Positions 47,585 to 51,471 of a DNA stretch of 51,471 bases are shown piece by piece. The stretch is from Mariprofundaceae bacterium (GTDB lineage Bacteria > Pseudomonadota > Zetaproteobacteria > Mariprofundales > Mariprofundaceae): contig WFOJ01000096.1 of the NCBI GenBank assembly GCA_015488125.1, positions 1 to 51,471 of the forward strand. Reading direction: 5' to 3'. Each line of letters begins with the position of its first letter. Position 1 is the stretch's first letter. The position numbers and the translations under genes were made by a program. Under the pieces are notes generated by a model. That model was not told the origin of the DNA. It made no database searches and saw nothing but the letters and a program-made list of their open reading frames with translations.

Positions 47585-48427
47585 TTGACTGACGCATCTG
47601 TGCAGCCCCGGCAACGCGCCATTGGTCTGATTGCCGGTTATGGCATGTTTCCACTGGAGGTGGTGGATCAACTAAAGAACGAGGGTTATCAGGTACACGT
47701 GGTGGCTGCCCGTGAGGAAACATCGCAGGAGATTGAGGCGGTCGCTGACTCTGTGTGCTGGCTACATGTCGGGCAGATCGGCGCTATGATCAAGGCGTTA
47801 AAAGCCCGTGGTGTCGATGAAGTCATTATGGCCGGCAAGGTACGCAAACTGCACCTGTTCCGTAATTTTCGTCCCGATCTTGTGGCCATTAAATCCCTGC
47901 TTCGCCTACCAGATCGTCGTGACGACAGTATTATGCTGGAGATCACCCGGCTTCTCGCTGAAGCAGGCATTCGTTTGTTACCCCAGGTTGATGTGGTTCC
48001 CGGTATGGTGGCCAGCAAAGGCCATTTATTTGGTCCGAAACCGGACAAGCAGATATTGCGGGACATCCGTTTCGGTGTTCCTCAAGGACGTGGTATTGCG
48101 GCACTGGATATTGGGCAGACAGTTGTTGTACAACAAGGCGCAGTACTCGCTGTTGAAGCCATTGAAGGAACCGATGAAGCCATTCGCCGGGGTGGCGAGC
48201 TGGGCAATGGCAAGGCAGTGGTGATCAAGGTGGCCAAACCGGCACAGGATCTTCGTTTTGATGTACCCGCCATTGGCCCGGATACGTTGTGGAATATGCA
48301 GCAGGCGGGATGTCGGGCCATTGCTGTGCAGGCAGGCTGCACCTTGTTGATTGAACGTCAAAGACTTGCCGAACAAGCCCGTGATCTGCGTATTACCGTG
48401 TTTGGCTTTGATAATAGTGAGTACTGA
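47585..48427 (+). CDS. lpxI: UDP-2,3-diacylglucosamine pyrophosphatase LpxI
   Basis: IGLIAGYGMFP, MAGKVRK, LDIGQTVVV, AVEAIEGTD and KVAKPAQDLRFDVPAIG. Lies between lpxA and lpxB. Start uncertain (TTG 47585 or GTG 47600). Confidence 0.9.
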   Translation: MTDASVQPRQRAIGLIAGYGMFPLEVVDQLKNEGYQVHVVAAREETSQEIEAVADSVCWLHVGQIGAMIKALKARGVDEVIMAGKVRKLHLFRNFRPDLVAIKSLLRLPDRRDDSIMLEITRLLAEAGIRLLPQVDVVPGMVASKGHLFGPKPDKQILRDIRFGVPQGRGIAALDIGQTVVVQQGAVLAVEAIEGTDEAIRRGGELGNGKAVVIKVAKPAQDLRFDVPAIGPDTLWNMQQAGCRAIAVQAGCTLLIERQRLAEQARDLRITVFGFDNSEY

Positions 48428-49580
48428 ATCGCCGCCGCGGCATATTCTTGTGTGTAGCGGTGAAGCGTCCGGCGATATGCATGGGGCGGCATTGATTCGT
48501 GCGCTTCGCCAGCAACATCCGGATATGCGTATTTCTGCCGTTGCCGGCGAAGCCATGCGGCGCGCAGGCTGCCATACCGTGGTTCCCATGGAATCACTGA
48601 ATGTCATGGGGCTTGGCGATGTCTTGCGGGCGCTGCCCCGCGTTTTGGGTGTTGCCCGCACCATCACCGAATGGGCACAACAGCAACGCCCTGATCTGGT
48701 CGTGTTAATTGATTTCCCCGGCTTTCATCTTCGCCTTGGCAAGCGCCTGCGTCGCCTCGGTATTCCCGTGCTGTATTACATCGCCCCCAAACTCTGGGCC
48801 TGGGGTAGCTGGCGCGTAAAACGTCTGGCACAGGCACAGGATCGCCTGGCCTGTATTCTACCTTTTGAGGCCAAATGGTTTGCTGCCCGTGGTATTCAGG
48901 CACGTTATGTCGGTAACCCCAGTGCGTTTGCCTGCCATGATCGGGGCTGGTCGCGGCAGGCACTGTGCCAGCATCTGAAGCTGGATGCGCAACGACCAGT
49001 GATCGCCTTGCTGCCTGGCAGTCGCAATAGTGAGTTGACCAGGCATGCACAGCTGCTTGCTGACGTCGCCCGCGCTTTGCAACAATCCATCCCCGGCCTG
49101 CAATGCATTGCCTGCCGTGCCCCGGGCATCAGCGATATGCAGCTTTCTCCCTTGCTTGATGCAGGCTGTGTCGTACTGGATCGTCTGCATCAGGATTATG
49201 CCCTGCGCGTTGATGCTGCACTGGCAGTCTCGGGGACAGCGACGCTGGAGTTGGCTTTATGGAATACACCTACTGTGCTGGTATATCGTAACAGTGCCAC
49301 CATGATGTTTCTGGCCAGACGACTGGTTGCCCTGCGTTGTGCCGGCCTGGCCAATATTATCATGGATGATACCCCGGTGATGCCTGAATGCATCCAGGAG
49401 CAGGCAACGGTGGAACGCATTATGCCTTTGATGCACAGCTTGCTCACCAATCCCGATGCGGCAAAACGGCAGCGCCTGCAATTTGCCACCCTGCGTCAGC
49501 GTCTGGGCAACCAGAATCCGGCCATTGGCCTGTGTCAGATGATTGATGAAATATTGGGCTCATCCCCCATCGCAAGCTGA
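48417..49580 (+). CDS. lpxB: Lipid-A-disaccharide synthase
   Basis: GEASGDMHGA, IDFPGFHL, YIAPKLWAW, ILPFE, YVGNP, LLPGSRNSE and SGTATLE. Start placed at GTG 48417. Confidence 0.94.
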   Translation: MSTESPPRHILVCSGEASGDMHGAALIRALRQQHPDMRISAVAGEAMRRAGCHTVVPMESLNVMGLGDVLRALPRVLGVARTITEWAQQQRPDLVVLIDFPGFHLRLGKRLRRLGIPVLYYIAPKLWAWGSWRVKRLAQAQDRLACILPFEAKWFAARGIQARYVGNPSAFACHDRGWSRQALCQHLKLDAQRPVIALLPGSRNSELTRHAQLLADVARALQQSIPGLQCIACRAPGISDMQLSPLLDAGCVVLDRLHQDYALRVDAALAVSGTATLELALWNTPTVLVYRNSATMMFLARRLVALRCAGLANIIMDDTPVMPECIQEQATVERIMPLMHSLLTNPDAAKRQRLQFATLRQRLGNQNPAIGLCQMIDEILGSSPIAS

Positions 49581-49900
49581 TCATGACAGCTCTCTGATTG
49601 TCCACTTTGCCGTGTTTTTTTGCAGGCAAGCATCATGACAAAGCTTGTTTCTGCTGTTAGGGTGCGCGGCCTTTTTCAGGCGAGAGGGGATAAGCCAACT
49701 GATTGCTGCAAGGCTTGTCATTCGCCATTTGTGAGTTTTACAAGCTGTTTGCAAAACGTCTGCTGAATGAACTGCCAGCTCGCATCAGGCCGAGAAGGTT
49801 CTGATGCGAGGCAGTCAGCGGTGATCAGGATTTTGCGAGCAGCTCTCATGTCAAGTTTATGGTGCGGTGAGTACGTTGCCGTGCTGCTATGGAGTTGTTT

Positions 49901-51471
49901 ATGCGTCAGTCATCGGAATTCGTGAGCGCGCCGGGCAAGCAGGGCTTATACGATCCGGCTTATGAGCATGATGCCTGTGGTGTCGGCTTTATTGCCCATA
50001 TTCGCAATAAAAAAAGTCACGATATTGTTGCTCGCGGCCTGGAAATCCTGCTGCGACTGACGCATCGTGGCGCGGCTGGCGCCGATCCGCGTGAGGGTGA
50101 TGGCGCTGGCATCCTGATTCAGATTCCCGACGCTTTTTTCCGGGAAGAAACTGCTGCCTTGGGAATTTCCCTACCTGAAGCTGGCAACTATGCCGTTGGC
50201 ATGTGCTTCTTGCCACAGGATACAGTTCGCCGCCAGCAGTGCGAGCGTATCGTGGAAGAAAACATTGCCGCACACGGACTGACGCTGCTGGGTTGGCGCG
50301 ATGTTCCTGTGGATGCCGATGCCGCTGATTTGCCAGCCAGCGTGCGGGGCTGCGAGCCAGTGATACGGCAGGTATTCATCGGTCGGGGCGCTTGCAGTGA
50401 CCAGGATGCTTTTGAACGCAAGTTGTTTGTGGTGCGTAAGCTAAGCAGTCATCAGGCTGCTGACATTGCTGCTGCTGATGCCGCCGGCTTTTATGTTTGC
50501 TCCATGTCCAGCCGCACAATTGTTTACAAGGGCATGTTTCTCTCGCATCAGGTGGGCGCATATTTCAGCGATTTGCGTGATGAACGTATGGTTTCGGCGC
50601 TGGCTTTGGTGCATCAGCGTTTCTCGACCAACACCTTTCCTTCCTGGGAACTGGCCCACCCTTTTCGCATGATGGCCCATAACGGTGAAATCAACACCGT
50701 GCGTGGCAATATCAACTGGATGAACGCCCGGCGTCATTCGATGAAATCCGAGCTTTTTGGCGATGATCTGGCGCAGCTCTGGCCTGTTATTGACGAAGGT
50801 CAGTCAGACACTGCCTGTTTTGATAACGCTCTGGAGCTGTTAACACTCGGCGGTTATTCGTTGGCTCATGCGGCGATGTTGATGATTCCCGAAGCCTGGG
50901 CCGGCAATCAGCTCATGGATGCTCAGCGGCGTGCTTTTTACGAATACCATGCGGCGTTGATGGAACCATGGGATGGCCCGGCGGCGGTGGCGTTTACCGA
51001 TGGTCGCCAGATTGGTGCCACGCTGGATCGTAACGGCTTGCGCCCGGCCCGTTATCTGGAAACCCGCGACGGTCTGGTGGTGATGGCCTCGGAAATGGGT
51101 GTGCTTGATATTCCTGAAGAGGATATTGTGCGCAAATGGCGCTTGCAGCCTGGTCGCATGTTTTTGATTGATCTGGAGCAAGGACGCATTATTGACGATG
51201 AAGAGCTTAAGCAGGAACTGGCCGGGGCGCGTGATTATCAGACCATTCTGAACGAAACGCAGCTGCATCTTGGCCAGTTACCCCATGAAGTCGAGCCCAT
51301 GACGGCTGACCATGGTACGTTGCTGGATCGTCAGCGTGCCTTTGGCTATTCGAAGGAAGATCTCAAGTTTCTGATGACACCGATGGCCACTTCCGGTCAG
51401 GAAGGCATTGGCTCCATGGGCAATGATTCGCCATTGAGCGTGCTTTCCAATCGTTCCAAACCCTTGTTTAA
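49901..51471 (+). CDS. gltB: Glutamate synthase large subunit, N-terminal part (runs off the window's right edge)
   Basis: Not in the ORF track. ATG 49901 after GGAG: MRQSSEF...GLYDPAYEHDACGVGF...HRGAAGADPREGDGAG...HQRFSTNTFPSW...HNGEINT...MEPWDGPA...LDRNGLRP. Confidence 0.97.
   Translation, partial: MRQSSEFVSAPGKQGLYDPAYEHDACGVGFIAHIRNKKSHDIVARGLEILLRLTHRGAAGADPREGDGAGILIQIPDAFFREETAALGISLPEAGNYAVGMCFLPQDTVRRQQCERIVEENIAAHGLTLLGWRDVPVDADAADLPASVRGCEPVIRQVFIGRGACSDQDAFERKLFVVRKLSSHQAADIAAADAAGFYVCSMSSRTIVYKGMFLSHQVGAYFSDLRDERMVSALALVHQRFSTNTFPSWELAHPFRMMAHNGEINTVRGNINWMNARRHSMKSELFGDDLAQLWPVIDEGQSDTACFDNALELLTLGGYSLAHAAMLMIPEAWAGNQLMDAQRRAFYEYHAALMEPWDGPAAVAFTDGRQIGATLDRNGLRPARYLETRDGLVVMASEMGVLDIPEEDIVRKWRLQPGRMFLIDLEQGRIIDDEELKQELAGARDYQTILNETQLHLGQLPHEVEPMTADHGTLLDRQRAFGYSKEDLKFLMTPMATSGQEGIGSMGNDSPLSVLSNRSKPLF

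Overview
Chromosomal window from a Gram-negative proteobacterium; gene content and order suggest Zetaproteobacteria (Mariprofundus-like), which is an inference I could not check. Left to right: (i) the 5' part of ileS on the minus strand, with a structured leader. (ii) A ~25 kb minus-strand surface-polysaccharide cluster (1452-26537). It starts with the wbpA-wbpB-wbpD-wbpE pathway for UDP-2,3-diacetamido-2,3-dideoxy-glucuronate and continues with an LhgO-like oxidoreductase, a second SDR/aminotransferase pair, two AsnB-like amidotransferases, three SAM methyltransferases, two WbmS-like deacetylase-fold proteins, a putative beta-propeller, a Wzx flippase and four GT-B glycosyltransferases. (iii) apaH and a secreted hypothetical protein. 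(iv) A cobalamin riboswitch ahead of btuB-tonB-btuF-btuC-btuD. (v) bioC, pepA, a PAP2 phosphatase and a large FAD/Fe-S oxidoreductase. (vi) leuA with an unannotated Leu-rich leader peptide and attenuator, then an ISAs1 scar and a MITE. (vii) skp-lpxD-fabZ-lpxA-lpxI-lpxB and the 5' part of gltB. The most unusual element is a toxin-antitoxin-like module built into the sugar pathway: a small antitoxin-like gene overlaps the end of wbpD, and its PIN (VapC-like) partner is fused in frame to the WbpE aminotransferase, which has no start codon of its own. Other notable items are the leuA attenuator, two hairpin-forming MITEs (one with an 8-bp target duplication) and candidate structured leaders of ileS and gltB. 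All calls come from manual motif reading; no database searches or folding programs were run.
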